In this document: positions 38,392 through 53,614 of the stretch, in pieces | Position numbering within the stretch: the stretch's first letter is position 1 | Layout: every line of letters begins with the position of its first letter | Assembly (NCBI RefSeq): GCF_009914755.1 | Contig: NC_060925.1 | Origin: the human T2T-CHM13v2.0 reference genome, Homo sapiens | Length of the DNA stretch: 64,000 nucleotides | Direction: 5' to 3' (one strand) | Notes under the pieces: generated by a model | Told to the model about the DNA's origin: nothing | What the model saw: only the letters and a program-made list of their open reading frames with translations | Databases searched by the model: none | Made by a program: the position numbers and the translations under genes

Positions 38392-40104
38392 TTATATAAA
38401 GAAATTAATAAAAAGCTCGAAAATATGAGCAAAAATGGGAAAATACTTTTAATTAAAACTATGTTAAAGCTTAGATTTGAAGAAACAAACAGAAATTCTA
38501 GAAATACAAAAATACCCTAACTGAAATTACAATTTAATAGAAAGAATGGCAACATGAAGAGGTCTGGTGATTCATCCTGAAAAAATTAATATACATTGGA
38601 CAAAAGCATAAAAACAAATGTAGAAACTTGAACTGAAAGAATGCCTCTGAATCAAGGAAGAACTACAAGTTGATGGTTTTCCTGCTTGGAGACATTTCCC
38701 TGAACGCCCAAACCAGCTAACACTGCAGTCTTACATATTTGAGGGGGCAGATGATAGAGTTCAGGGACATTAAGGAGAGGGTATTTTTGCTATTCACAGC
38801 AAGGTTATGATGATGTGAATGAATGGTTGAAGTGGCATGGAGTACAAATTCATTGAGGATGAAGAGGTCAAGGAATCAAGATCCTAAAGTATCAGAAAAT
38901 CATCTACATACACATTGACATCATCAAAAATTGTAACAGAAGTATTACTGGAAAGAAAAACATGGTGCCATTATCTAAAATTTTCAAGAAATGAAGGAAA
39001 ATTCCAAAATAATTCAATAAATGTATAAAATAAGAATTGGGAATGTTTGGTGTCATCTACTGGCATAAGCTTCAAAAGAGCTGGACATTTTTAAAGAAAT
39101 AGTAATATTTATTCACCTCCCTGCCTCATGGCATAAGTGGCTAGGGAGACAAGGCAGGTCTTGCCTGGAGCAAATCTCAATGGATCCCTACAAAAATGGT
39201 GTCAAGACCAACATGGTGTTGCAAACCATGACAAAGTAGATCATGTCACCATTGCTTAAATGGCTTTCCAGCACAATCATTAGCAGTACCTCTGACTTTG
39301 TCACCAATAAAAGGTCACAAATATTTTTTTGTTTCACATTACATTTGTTGTAGAAACTTTGAAATTTCATTTATGCTAATCACAATTTCAAATGTACAGT
39401 AGTTATTAGATACATCTCTAGATATTGTTGAAAAATTCCATGTATTACTGTATCACAAATTTGATTTTCTAGTATTTTAATAATTGTGTTTTAATATAAT
39501 TGGCTTCCTCTAGAATATTATATATGTTATTTTATGGCCTTAAAAACATCACTTTGAGGAGTTTCATCATACTGTCAAACTGAGCCATCGCACAAAAAAT
39601 GATTAATAACCACTGATTATGCTTGGGACATAATTGTAAACAAGACATTCAAGCTTCCATTTGAAAGGATACAGACAAAGGTGACTTTTAAACATTTAAA
39701 CAGACAAACAATTACAAAATAAAATACAAAATTACAGAAATAAATACAGGATGAAGATAAAGACTGGGGAGGAGAAATTAAATTACCTATGGTGATCAAA
39801 GAAGGTGTATCTGGAAAAATAACTTTTAATCTAACATCTAACTATGGAAATCTAAGATGTAAGGAGCTAGCCAAAGGGATAGTGGGGGAAGAGTGTCTGA
39901 AACAGAAGAAGGAGCAAGTGAAAAGGTGTGGAAGAGACCAAGGAGTGCTAAAATCTAATTTATAATGGTTGCAAACAATATCCTTCTCTTTGATTCCCCC
40001 CTTCCTATACATTTCTCCCTCTGGAAATTTGCTACATTCAAAACAACCCATAATATAAAATTAGGAGATTGAAGCATTTGGAGCAAAAAGATTAGGATTC
40101 ATTT

Positions 40105-40290
40105 AGTTATAGCTTGCAGGCCAAAGCTGATTCACTATCTGTTTTTGTATGGCCCACGTGCCAAGAATTTTTTTTTTTTTTACATTTGTATTTGACTGGA
40201 AAAAAATTAGAAAGAAGAATATTTTGTGACATCTGATAATTATAAAACACTCAAATTTCAGTGTTAATAAATAAAGTTTTATTTCAAAGA
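40105..40290 (+). mobile_element. MER58-like hAT-Charlie fragment
   Basis: ctgtttttgtatggccca...aaagaagaatattttgtgacat...aataaagttttatt. Confidence 0.6.
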
Positions 40291-40527
40291 ACAAACCATA
40301 ATAGTCTCTCTGTGAGGATGACTTTCTACCTCTCCTACTAAATAACTTATTTAAGATTCAGTTAAAATGTTTTATCCTCTCCCAAACCTTCATTTATATT
40401 CCTGGGAATTTGATTATTTCTCCACTATGCCCCTATTAGTAGTATATATTTTTTACCTTTGTTTGTTAGCATTTTTATTATTATATTTTTATTTTTTGAA
40501 TTTTATTTTAATTACTAGTTTACTTGT

Positions 40528-40925
40528 TGTGATGGTTTATTTTACATGTCAATTTGACGGAGAAACTTAGATAGTTGGTAAAACATTATTTCTGGATGCA
40601 ACTATGAGAGTGTTTCTGGAAGAGATCACCTTCACCAATGTGATGGGTACCATCAAATCTCTTGACAGTCTGAATAAAACAAAAAGGCAGAGGAAGGGTG
40701 AATTTTCCTTCGTTTAAGGAAAATTCCATATCTGTCATTGGACATGGCATTCATGGTTCTTGGACCTTCAGACTCGGGCTATGACTTATGCCATTGATTC
40801 CACTGACTCTCAGGCCTTCTGACTCAGACTGAATTATGCCACTGGTTTTCCTGGTTCTCCAGCTTGCAGATGGCAGTTTGTGGAACTTCTCAGCCTCCAT
40901 AATCACATGAGCCAATTCCTATTTG
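40528..40925 (+). mobile_element. MLT2 LTR
   Basis: tgtgatggtttattttacatgtcaatttgac...cagcctccataatcacatgagccaattcc. Confidence 0.8.
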
Positions 40926-42129
40926 TGCATAATCGTAAGAGTTTTAGCTTCTAAAAAGTTGAAAACCCTTAGGTGTGGACGAAAAGATATTTGAGACAGA
41001 AGTCAAACAAATGGTCTATATAATGGAGTTCAGAATTTGAGCCTGAGATGAGCCCTTAAGATGACTGTATTTTTCTATTCAATCAGACAGTATTTATTGA
41101 ACACCTATTTTCTGTACAGCTCTATGTCAGGCACTGTAAGGAATATAGAGATAAATGATATAGTCACTATAGGATAAGGCATAAAGGTACAGAACTATAT
41201 GAAAGGAAAGCAATTGATTACCACAACAATAAAGAACAGATTGCTGCCAAATAAGGTTATAAGACACGGCATCTAAGTTAATGATAAACCAGAAAGATAT
41301 TATTAAAAATGGACCTTTCAAGCACATGGACAGCATGAGCAAAGGCATGGAAGCAGAAAAGGATGGTGTTCATTCATTAATTCATTCATTTATTCACCAA
41401 CAAGTTATAAGACAGATACAGTATGAGGTACTGTGGACACAGAGATGAACAAAGCACAGTCTCTGTAAAGGACTTCATCATCAATTGAGAAAATACAAGG
41501 AAACAAATAAATGTTACAAATTTTTAAAGACATGATGAAAAGAAGAATAGTAAGGGCAGTAGGTGGGAATATTTGATTAATTCTGAGACACACTTAAAGA
41601 GAAGTTTCAAAGAAGACCTTACAGGGAAAGTGTGCTGATCAGTGGGCAGTGGACTGTGGTAAAGAAAAGGAAATTATCCCTTATCACAGGAATAAGAAGA
41701 ATGCGGTTTATTTTTCCAGAGAACATCTGCTAATTCTTAGTGGTTGAGATTATAAAACCACAAAAGAGTATCTGCTAATTCTTGATGGCTTGAGACTATA
41801 AAACCACACAAACATAGGGGTCTGACTTGGTAGAAATTAAAATAAGACTCCCTGTGTAAAGCTGGTGTGCTCAAAGGTATTCCAGACTCAGTGAAAGATT
41901 CAGGTAAAATGCATTCCAAAGAAGATGATTTACTGATCTCTAATTTGGCTCCGGGTGCACTGGGAGAAAAGGCAATCTTTCTGTAGCATCATAAGCCATT
42001 AGTTGGCGCTTATGTACCAAATTTTATTAGTGTGGACTAAAAAACTGCAAATCAAAAGTCTATTCTGTAGTAGATTCAGTTTGATAATCCTCCCAGGTTA
42101 TTAGATCATTAAAATTCCAATATATAAAG

Positions 42130-43550
42130 ATAGAACAAACAGATTACAATTTGGAAATTCACTAAACACCTGAGAAACAAGGCACCATGAGCAAGAATCT
42201 GCAGAAATTCAAAATGCAGGGTCAGACAAACAAATATCATAGTAGAATTATCAAATATAGAATATAAAGTAAATATATTTGATAAATTAAAGAAAGAAAA
42301 AAGATTTTGAATATGATTAAATTTAAAAGGATATTAAAATTAACCAAGCAAATATCAAAAAGAGTACTTCTATAAATAAATAATACTGTAATTGAAAATA
42401 CTCAAAATTCAATGCATATGTTAAATAGAAGACTAAACAAAGCCAAAGAGAAAATTAATAAACTGGAAAATAAATCTGAAGATATTACCAAAAAATGCAG
42501 CATAGGGAGATAAAATAATACATGAAAAAGAGATTGAGGGAAATGAAGCCTAGAGGAAGAAAAGCCAATGTAAATCTAATCAGTGCTCTGAGCAGAAGAA
42601 AAGAATAAGGGAAAGGCAATATATGAAGAAGGAATGTCTGTGGTTATTGTCAGAATAAAAGCTTCAGCATTTAGATTTAGGCACCTGGATGAATTCAAGC
42701 AGAGTAAATAAAAAGAAACTTTTAAATAAGTTATCTGTATTAAAAATGCAGAAAATCAAAGACAGAGAAAATCTTAAAAGTAGTAGAAAGAAAAGATAAA
42801 TTCTGAGGCCTGCCATGTACATTTGTGCAAGCTGTACGCTACCAGAGATGGTACTAGTCATTTATGGTCTATGTGAATGGTGTCCTTGGGAATTGAGCAA
42901 TGCTATTTCTGAGAAGCTTTGTGCAGCATCCCAGTGGCTAAAAAAAAGTGATGAATAGCTTGACAGCTGACAGCTGACTTTCCATTGGCAGCAATGAAAG
43001 CCGGATATATATATAAAAAATAGTATATTCAAATGCTAAGATAAAGTAACTTTCAACGTAGAAATTTATATTCATAGAAACTGTGTTCCAATAACATTTC
43101 AAATGAAGACATTTTCAAAAAGTAAGTAAATAAAAACTGAGAAAAAGTACTGAAAAAAAAATGCTTCCAAAAGAATCTTCAAGGATAAAAGAGTGAAGGA
43201 AAATGATCCTAGAAGTAAGGTCAAACATTCCATGAATAATATGAGTAGAAAAAGAAAAGGAAAAAGAAGTGTTAAACTTATGTAAGCTTAACAAGTTGAC
43301 TATATAAAACAGTTACCAAAATGTTTAATATGCAAGACAAAAATTATAGACAAGGAGAGTACAAATTTAGAGAAGTACATTTTGGTGTACAAAGATCTAA
43401 GGTCTTTTTATTAATTGAAAGGATGGTTAAAATATTAATTAACTTTAGAACTTGTTAACTACATTAGTAGGGTAAATACTACAAGAACAGAAATAGAAAA
43501 GTGTAACAACCAAATTAGTAAAACAAATTAAAATAAGGAAAAAAAGAATT
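42130..43550 (+). mobile_element. Old L1 ORF1-region fragment
   Basis: A-rich L1 ORF1-like motifs (gagaaaatcttaaaag, acagctgactttcca...caatgaaagcc). Confidence 0.6.
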
Positions 43551-43570
43551 TTAACATAGGGGAAGGGACT

Positions 43571-44365
43571 CTGAGATATAAAAATAACCAAAGTGTTTTT
43601 CCTACTATCACTCACCACTCAGCATAGCTGTCCTGACACAAGATATTGGAAGGGGGTTCACAACACACCAAGCAATTCCCTGGCAGACACCAGCTGGGTG
43701 CCTTCCAATCAATTCAATTCTGACACTGTCTACCTGGAGGTATCATCAGATCACATAGGGTAAGGCTGAGTTTCACAAGGCTGCTCCCTACTTCCAATCA
43801 CAAGTCTCAGGTTGTGACTTGTACTTCTGACTGACCAGCTATAAATTGGAGTTCCCATAACTCTCTCCTCAGGTTTGATTAATTTGCTACAGTGGCTCAC
43901 ATAACTGAGGGAAACACTTTACTTTTATTTACCAGTTTATTAACAAAGACTATAACAAAGAATAGAGATGAACAACCAGATGAAGAGATACATAAGGCAA
44001 GGTCTGGAAGGGTCCCGAGTACAGGAGCTTGTGTCTTCATGGAGTTAGGACACACCACTCTTCCACCCCATGAATGTGTTTCCCAACCTGAATGCTCCCT
44101 AAACTTCAGAGTTTAGGGATTTATTGAAGGCTTCATCACATAGGCATGATTGATACTTAATTTTATTTCCAGGCCTCCCCCGTCTCCAGAGAATGGGGTT
44201 TGAGGCAGAAAGCTCCAAGCTTATAATCATGGCTGGATCTTTCCAGTGACCAGCCCGCATCCAGGAGCTCACCAAAGTCACCTCATTAGACCAAAAGATA
44301 CTCCTATCACATATCACACAGAAAATTCCAGAAATTTAGGAGCTTGCATCAGATGTTCCTATTAC
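43571..44365. mobile_element. MER21-type LTR
   Basis: gacaccagctgggtg...caattcaattctgacactgtctacctggag...gtcacctcattag. Confidence 0.7.
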
Positions 44366-44830
44366 TCATGCACACATGTTTATTGCAGCACTATTCACAA
44401 TAGCAAAGACTTGGAACCAACACTAATGTCCAACAATGATAGACTGGATTAAGAAAATGTGGCACATACATGCCATGGAATACTAGGCAGCCATAAAAAA
44501 GGATGAGATCATGTCCTTGCAGGTACATGGATGAAGCTGGAAACCATCATTCTCAGCAAACTATCACAAGAACAGAAAACCAAACACTGCATGTTCTCAC
44601 TCATAAGTGGGAGTTGTACAGGAGAACACATGGACACAGGGTGGGAAACATCACACACTGGGGCCTGTCAGGGGGTGGGGGGCTAGGAAAGGGATAGCAT
44701 TAGGAGAAATACCTAATGTAGGTGACAGGTTGATGAGTGCAGCAAACCACCATGGCACGTGTATACCTATATAACAAAACTGCACGTCTGCACATGTACC
44801 CTAGAACTTAAAATATATATATAAAAAAAA
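44366..44830 (+). mobile_element. L1PA 3' end (5'-truncated)
   Basis: atgtttattgcagcactattcacaatagcaaagacttggaacc...tgcacatgtaccctagaactt plus an A tail. Confidence 0.92.
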
Positions 44831-44949
44831 GACAAGCAAAAAGATTCAACCTGCTCATAATTGGAGTTCCCAAGGAAGAGAAAACCCAAACAATAAAGCA
44901 AAAAATAAATTTCAAAAAAGTTCAAATAGTATTTCATAAATACCCCACT

Positions 44950-47900
44950 TAGAGAAGAGATATAAAAGAGTGGAGGCAGCCAGTAAACATATACATCACC
45001 CAAGGACCTCCACTAACAACAACAGCCTAAGCCACTGAGGAACTCACAGAGACCACTGATGCTGACTACAGCTGAATAAATTATACGAAGACTATACTAC
45101 TGTGCCCACCCAGAAATCAAAGCAAAAATACTCTACCCAACCAACACTGTAGGTAGACCTATAGGAAAAAGTCTTCCTTTAAGGGAGCCAATCCATATAA
45201 TTAAAAGAAATGATTGCTATACTAGATGTACAGATACCAACATAAGAATCCAAGAAATATGAGAAAGCAAAGAAACATAACACTTCCAAAAGAACACAAT
45301 AATTCTGCAGCAACAGATACTAAAGAAAAGGAAATCCATAATCTTCCCTAAACAGAATTCAAAATAATGATATTAAAGAAATGCTATGAGACACAGAAGA
45401 ACACAAATGAATAATACAAAGAAATCAGGAAAACAATTTATGATCTGAATTAGAAATTTAATGAAAAGATAGATATCATTTTTAAAAAATAAACAAAATC
45501 TTGGAACTGAATAATTCAATGAATGAAATAGTAAATACAATTGAGAGCTTCAACAGCAGACTAGGTTAAGCAGAAGAAAGAAAATTTGAACTTGAAAAAA
45601 TATATTTTGAAATATCCCAGTCAGACAAGAAAAAAGAATAAAAAAAGAATGAGGAAAGCCTGTATGACATATGGGACATCAAAAATCAACCAAATATTCA
45701 AATTTGGGGACTTCCAGAAAGAGACGATCTGAGAAATGGAATAGAACACCTGTCTGAAAAACAATAGTTGAATGCTTCTCAAATGTCCCAAAAGATATAG
45801 CTGTCCAGGTATAGGAAGCTCAAAGATTCCCAAATAGATTAAACTCAAAAAGGTCTCCTCCAAGGAACATTATAGTCAAATAGTCAAAATTCAAAGACAA
45901 AGATAATTTTTAAAACAACAATATAAAAGCATCAAGTCACATATAAAAAAATTCTCATCAGACAAAAACTGGTTTCTCAACCGAAACCTTGCAAGCCAGG
46001 AGATAAGAAGATGACATATTCAAAGTGTAGAAAGAAGAAAAAAAGTCATAACAGGAATACTATATCCAGCAAAGCTATCCTTCAAAAATGAAAGAGAAAT
46101 GAAATATTTCCCAGACAAGCAAAAACTGAGAGAATTAATTACCATGAGACTGGACCTACAAGAGTTGCTTAGGGGAGTTCTACACCTGGAAGCAAAAGGA
46201 TAATATCTGCCATCATAAAAACACACAAAAGCATAAAAGTCACTGGTAGAAAAGATACTGAGAGAAAGAAGTCAAAGTTATCACTACCGAAAAACCCACC
46301 AAAGTATAAAGGTGAACAATAAAAGGAGAAAAGAAGCAAAGGATATACAAAGCAATCAGAAAAAAATTAACAAAATGGCAGGAGTAAGTCTTCACTTACA
46401 ATAATAACCTTGAGTGTAAATGGTTTAAATTCTGCAATTAAAATATATATATACTAGCTGAATAGATTAAAAATACAAGACACAATATATACTGCCTTCA
46501 AGAAACTCAATTCCCCTGGAAAGACACATAGACTAAATGTGAAATGATAGAAAAGATATTCCACGCAAACAGAAACCAAAAGCATGCGGGAGTGTGTGTT
46601 TATACCAAACAAAACAGACTTTAAGTCAAAAAAATATAAAAGAGAGAAGAAGGTCATTATATAATAATAAATGAAGCAATTCAGCAAGAGGATATAACAA
46701 CTATAAATACGTACACACCCAGCACTTAAGTACCCAGATATATAAAGCAAATATTACTAGAGTTAATGAAAGAGGTAGACCCCAATAAAAGTAGACCCCA
46801 ATAAAATAATGGTTGAGAATTTTAACATCCAACTTTCCACATTGGATAGATAATCTATACAGAAAATTAACAAAGGAACATTGCACTTAATCTGTACTAT
46901 AGACCAAATGGACCTAACAAATATTTACAGAACATTTCATCCAACAGCTATATACTATACATTCTTCTCATCAACACAGAACATTCTCCAGAATAGACCA
47001 TAAAATAGGCCACAAAACAAGTGTCAACAAATTCTTAAAACTCAAGGTCATATCAAGTATCTTCTCAGGCAACAATGGAATAAAAGTAGAAATCAATAAC
47101 GAGAGGAACTTTGGAAACTAACTGTACGAATACATAGAAATTAAACAACATGTTCCAGCATGACCATTGGATCAATGAAGAAATTAAGAATAAAATCAAA
47201 AAGTTTCTTGAAAAAAATATAAGTGAAAACAATATATCAAAACCTACAGGATACAGCAAAAATATTGCTAAGAGGTAAGTTCATAGCAATAAATATCTAC
47301 TTTAAAAAGTAGATTAAAAAGATTGCAAATTCAATTTCAAATTTGATGCACCTTAAGGAACTAGAAAAGCAAGAACAAAGCAAACCCAAAAGTAGCAGAA
47401 GGAATAAATAATAAAGATTATACCAGAAACAAACAAAATAGAGACTTAAAAAACAATGCAAAAAATCAATAAAACAAATAGTTGGTTTTTAGAAAAGTAA
47501 ACAGAATTGATAAACTGCTAGCTAGACTAACCAAGAAAAAAAGAGAAGACCCAAATAAATAAAATCAACAATGAAAAAGGAGACATTGCAACTGATACTA
47601 CAGAAATAAAAGGATTATTAAAGGTTATTATAAACAATTACACACTAACAAATTGAGAAACCTAGAGGAAATGCATAAATTCCTTAACATATACAACCTA
47701 CCAAGATTGACCCAGAGGGAATATAAAACTTGAACAGACCAGTAATGAGTAATGAGCTTGAATCAATAATAAAATTCTCCTCTAAGAACTGGAACAAGGC
47801 AAAGATGACCACTTTCACTACTCTTACACAACGTAAGAGTGGAAGTCCTAGCCAGAGGAATCAGACAAGAGAAAGAAATTTTAAAAACCCAAACTGAAAG

Positions 47901-49978
47901 AGAGAAAATCAATTTATCCCTCTTTGCAGATGACATGATCTTACATATAGAAAAGCCTAAAGACGCCACCAAAACACTCTTCGAACCGTTAAACAAATTC
48001 AGTAACGTTGCAGGATATAAAGTCAACATATAAAAACAATTGGTACATCTATAAACCAATAACAAACTAGCTGAAAAATAAATCAAGAAAACAATTCCAT
48101 TTATAATAGCTATAAAAATAAATAAATAAAATACCTGGGAATAAATTTAGCTCAGAAGGTGAAAGATCTCTACAACGAAAACTACAAAACACTGATAAAA
48201 GAAATTGAAGAAGGCGCAAACAAATGGAAAGCCATCTCATGCTCATGGATCAGAAAAAATATTGTTAAAATGACCACACGACTCAAAGCAACCAATATAT
48301 TCAAGGAAATTGGTATATAAAAAATCAGTGACATTGTTCGTAGAAAATTTTTAAAGACCTAAAATTATCACAAAAGATGCCAAATAGCCAAAGCAATCCT
48401 AAGCAAAAAGAACAAAGCTCATGGCATCAGACTATCTGACTTCAAAATATGCTACAAAGCTATAAAAACCAAAACAATATGGTATTGGTATAAAAATAGA
48501 CACATAAATTAATGGTACAGAATACAGAAACCAGAAATAAATCCATGTATTTACAACTAATTGGTGTTTGACAAAAGTACCAAGAACATACATTGGGGAA
48601 AGGTTACTCTCTTCAACAAATGATAAGAGGAAAACTAAATATACAAAAACCAACTCTCAATGGATTAAAGACTTAAATGTAAGGGCCAAAACTATAAAAC
48701 TACAAGAATGAAATAGGGGAAATGCTACAGGACATTATCTAGGCAAAGATTTTATGACTACCACTTCATAGGCACAAGAACCAAAAAAAAATTGACAAAT
48801 GAGACTCTACTTAACTAAATATCTTCTTCAAAGCAAAGGAAACAATCAACAGAGTGAAGAGACAACCTGCAGGACGGGAAAAATATATTTGTAAATGATT
48901 CATCTGACAAGGGGCTGATATGCAAAATACACAAGGACATCAAACAACTCAATAGTAATAATAATAATGCCTTTAAAAAGTGGGCAAAGGATGTGAATAG
49001 GCAGTTCTCAAAAGAAGACATACAAATGGTCAACTGGTATATAAAAAATTCTCAACATTGCTAATCATCAGGGAAATGTGAATTAAAACTACAGTGAGAT
49101 ATCATAAGTACAAAAAATAGCAAATGATGATGAGGATGCAAAGAAAAGAGAACTCCTTTACACTGTTGTGGAAATGTAATTTAATACAGCCATTACGGAG
49201 AATAATATGGAAGTTTCTCAGAAAACTAAAAATAGAATTATCAGATGATCCAGCCATCTCTCTACTGGGTATTTGTCCAAAGGAAAGGAAATTTGTGAAT
49301 CACAGAAATATTTGAACCCTCCTGTTTATTGCAATACTATTCACAATAGTGAAGATATGGATCCAATCTAAGTGTCCACCAACAAATGAATGGATACAGA
49401 AAATGTAGTATGTATGCAATGGAATACTATTCAGCCATAAAAAAGAATAAAATCCTGTAATCTGCAGAAACATGAATGAAATTGGAGAACATTATGTTAA
49501 ATGAAATAAGCTAGGCACAGGAAGACAAATACTGCATGTTCTCACTCATATGTGGGAGCTAAAAAAGTAGATCTCCTGGAGGTAGATGATAAAGCAATAG
49601 GTGCCAGAGGCTGGGAAAACAGGGAGGATGAAGAGAGGTTGGTTAATGGAGATAAACATAGAGATAAATAGAAAGAATAAGTTATAATATGTGATAGCCC
49701 AGTTAAGGTGAGCCTAAACAATAATTTATCGTATGTTTCACAATATGTAGAAGAGAAGATTGGAAATGTCCCAACACAAAGAAGTGATAAATGTTGAAGA
49801 TGATGAATATCCCAATTTTCCTGATTTGATCATTACAAAATATATGCTTTATCAAAATATCGCATGTACAATTGTAATCAAATATTACATGTACATATAT
49901 AATATTACATGTACATATATAACATTATCATGTTAATGAGATACATGTACAATTATAATGTATCAATAAAAAAATTTA
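44950..49978 (+). mobile_element. Long L1MA element (ORF1, ORF2 with internal deletion, 3'UTR), disabled
   Basis: ORF1 relic, ORF2 start aaaatggcaggagtaagtc (~46375), FADDM motif (ORF 47839), L1MA-type 3'UTR. Confidence 0.9.
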
Positions 49979-49980
49979 AG

Positions 49981-50264
<284 letters not shown>

Positions 50265-51209
50265 CTAGAAAGGATACTGGAAAAAAGTGAACTATTTAAC
50301 ATTTTTAGTAGAAACTTCATGGTTGAGGAGGGGGAAGAAGCCCTGATTTAGGCAGGCCAGAAGATGATGGGTGAAATATATAATTAGGTATTTGGTGTGA
50401 AATCTACTCGGTTTCCAACTCGTTTAAGGTTGAAGATATCAATTTGTCAGTCATGTTAATAACTTTTATTTGTGTATATGTAGTTATATGCCAGAAACAG
50501 TATATTTTAAGCCGTACATGAGTTTCTTATTTCATTCTCACAAAGGCACTATGGTGGTAGGTATTTATTATTATCCTGATATCACAAATGAATAAAGATT
50601 AAGTAATTTTTCCGAGACTTCTTCTTATCCTTAAGAAATGGACTCACAGTTTGAACCTACAGATTCTGACTCCATAGGCTCAGTGTTTAATTGCTAACAA
50701 GGTGGTACCTTCCCATTGGAACAGTCCATCATAATGTCCCCTCTAATGGTATCTTACTTTCTTTCCTTACCTTAGGTTATTTTAAATATATAGAAGTAAA
50801 AGATTAAAAATGAAACGTAGTAGAAAGGTTCTAGTATATGCTACTTTTATTAAGCAGTATTTTGTCAATAAGTTTAGCAATATGTATTCTTTCATGAGTC
50901 TAGCATAAAGATGATAATGAATCTACTTGTCTTTATTTAATTCTCTTATTCTAATGTATTTAGAGCTCTTTAAAGGGATATGTAATTAAATTACCAAGAA
51001 TTATTGTCTATTTCCACTGGCAAGAATGAACTTTGATGATTTTTTTCCTTCGGTCACAGTAACGTAGTTAGAAATCAGACTTTCACTTGAAAAAGCAAAA
51101 ACAACCCCATATTCCTAGCACCAAACTCAAACAAATACCATTTCTATAATAGGCATATACAAGAACTTTTCAGATGCCTTGAGTTAATAGCCTTTCACAA
51201 TAAATTATT

Positions 51210-51500
51210 TTTTAACGTTTAATTATTATGGCTACATAATAGTTACATGTATTTATGTGGCACATGTAATAATATTTTGATACAAGCATGCAATGTATAA
51301 TGGTCAAATCAGGGTAACTGGGATATCCATCACCTCAAGCATTTATCATTTCTTTTAGTTAGGAACAGTTTGATTTCATGTTTTTAGTTATTTTGAAATT
51401 TGTAATAAATTATTGTTAACTATAGTTACCCTGTAGTTAACACTAGATCTTGCTCCTAGTACAAACACTAGATCTTATTCCTTTCACCTAACTGTATTTT
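51210..51500 (-). mobile_element. L1MA 3' end
   Basis: catgtatttatgtggcacatg...ccatcacctcaagcatttatc. Confidence 0.8.
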
Positions 51501-52082
51501 TTTGTTTTGCTTTTTCAAATATTATCTAATTTTGTACATCTTTTGACAGTGGCATTGTGATATTAAAAGCAGGACTCTGTAGACTCACTAGAAAAATAGC
51601 TCAATGCTACAAGGTTATGCTTTGTCATTCTAGAGTTCAGCTTCTTTGATGACTGGGATCATATTGTATTCATTTCTATATTCTGAGAACTTGCACAATT
51701 ATGTACAAAGGAGATATTCAAAAATACCTATAATAAATTAATAAATTGATTAAATATTTAAAAAGAAATCACAATTTTATGAAACTCTTTTTTTGAACTC
51801 CAATATTTAAAAATTCATGTATTCAAATACTGCAGAAGTCCAGCAGGAAAATGTTAGCAATGCCTCTGTTTATTCCTCCATCTGCTAGCATGAATCATAA
51901 TTCACCTCTTCCCCTTTCCTCACTGGTGAAATCTATACGAAGACATACTTATGTAGATTATATAAACCCTTCTTTTCTGCTTAGTCATTGCAAAGTTAGA
52001 ATCCTACGCACCATATGTGAGAAATCCCCCATCAATTAACAGACCCATGAAAACTACTCTGTACCCACTGTACTTTTGACTT

Positions 52083-52290
52083 AGGGGTTCTCCACCAGAG
52101 GTGATTCTGCTCCCTAAAGTGTTACCTGGCAATGTCTTGAGACTGTTCCATCTTCACAGCTTGGAGTGCTACTGGCATCTAGTGGGTGGAGACCAAGGAT
52201 GCTGCTGTACCTCCTACAATGCACAGGACAACCCCAACGACAAGAATTATTCAACCCAAAATGTCAATAGTGCGGAAGTTGAGAAACCTC
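52083..52290 (+). mobile_element. MER20 DNA transposon
   Basis: ggggttctc...tggcaatgtc...tgctactggcatctagtgggt...aatgtcaatagtgcggaagttgagaaacc. Confidence 0.85.
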
Positions 52291-52905
52291 AAAACTGGTT
52301 CCCAGATTCTATTATTCACAGGAAGTTGTTTTCTTACCAAGGAATTAAACTCAAATCCAGGGACAGAATAGGAGTCAGATGCTAAGCTAGACTTAGAACT
52401 AAAAGCCAGATCAGATGTTGTGGCATAATATCTCGCATATAAATAGATTTGTAAATGTTAATTTTTTGCATTTATAACGTATTTACACCAGAGTGAAGAC
52501 TCGGGAACCAGATTCCCTCAGATTAAATCCAAGTCCTGCCACTTACTAGCACGGCAATTTTGGCCAACTTAATTTCTATTCATCAGTTTCTGCGTCTGTA
52601 AAATGAGAATAACAATATATACCTCTCCTGGTAGTTGTGAGAATGATATTAGTTAATATTTGCAAAGCACTTAAAACAGTATCAAGCGTATGTTAAATAC
52701 TGGTATGTGTCAGCTGATAGCACTTTTATAACTTATCTTTCTAATGACTGTAAAATGCAAGTCTACAATGCAGGACCACCTTCCTGGCATCAAAGTTTGA
52801 AAGAAAAGAAATCAGATTCCTTGGTATGTAGAATAAATTATATAGATATAAGCAAAATTCTATCTGGAATAGCCTGATAAACTGTTGTTGTTGTTGTTTT
52901 ACTTT

Positions 52906-53614
52906 CCATAGGTCATCATTTTTAAGGCACATTTTTTCAAATTTGAGAATTCTTAAAATTGGCATATTTCATCATTTTTAAGGCACACTTTTTCAAATTT
53001 GAGGATTCCTAAAATTGGTATCTTACCAACATGTGCTTTCTCACACATCACTCTCAGCCAAATTGCAATCGTGATCCAGTTATTATTAACTATCTACCCA
53101 CAAACATGGTTGTTGGTCCTTGCAATATGACTGAATAACTGCAATCTTGATGCTTCAGCTGATAAATCACTTAAGGGCCATTTGAGGAAGGTGTGTCCTT
53201 CCTGATTGACATCTAAAAACCTTCTTTCGGCACTTCCTGGTCAGATCAAGAAAGCTTCATCACCAATACTTTCTGCAGCAGCTTGTAAGAAAATCTTACT
53301 GACAGTAGTGAAGTCTTGATGGAGATACTGATCTTAATGATTTTGAGACCAAAAAAAAAACTGTAAAAATAAACTGTAAAGGTGAAGAGGTTTTAGGAAT
53401 GCCTTAAGCAATTATTTCACTTACATTTTTCTCTGTACAAGAGTAATATGTAATAAAAGTTTATGTTTAAATAAGTTTAAAAAATATCTTTTGTGAGTAT
53501 AAAAGTGAACACTATTTGAAAAAGCATTTATTTGCAGTTTTTTTTCTTAGTGCAACTTAGCAAACATTAGCACACCTTACAGATGATAGCATCTTAGGGT
53601 TGATGAAATTTGGT
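52906..53614. mobile_element. Tc2/Kanga-like DNA transposon with a duplicated terminus
   Basis: Ends resemble ccgtatttcatc.attctaag / cttag...gatgaaat.cgg TIRs. 56-bp tandem duplication at 52913-53024. Confidence 0.5.

Noticed and set aside
51819-51993. Assignment of YSNTAEVQQEN...LLSHCK to the DNAH2-like VQQEE/HCNEW segment
   Set aside because: Out of order relative to the 57-61 kb motifs and split over two frames; kept only as an unplaced exon-like island.
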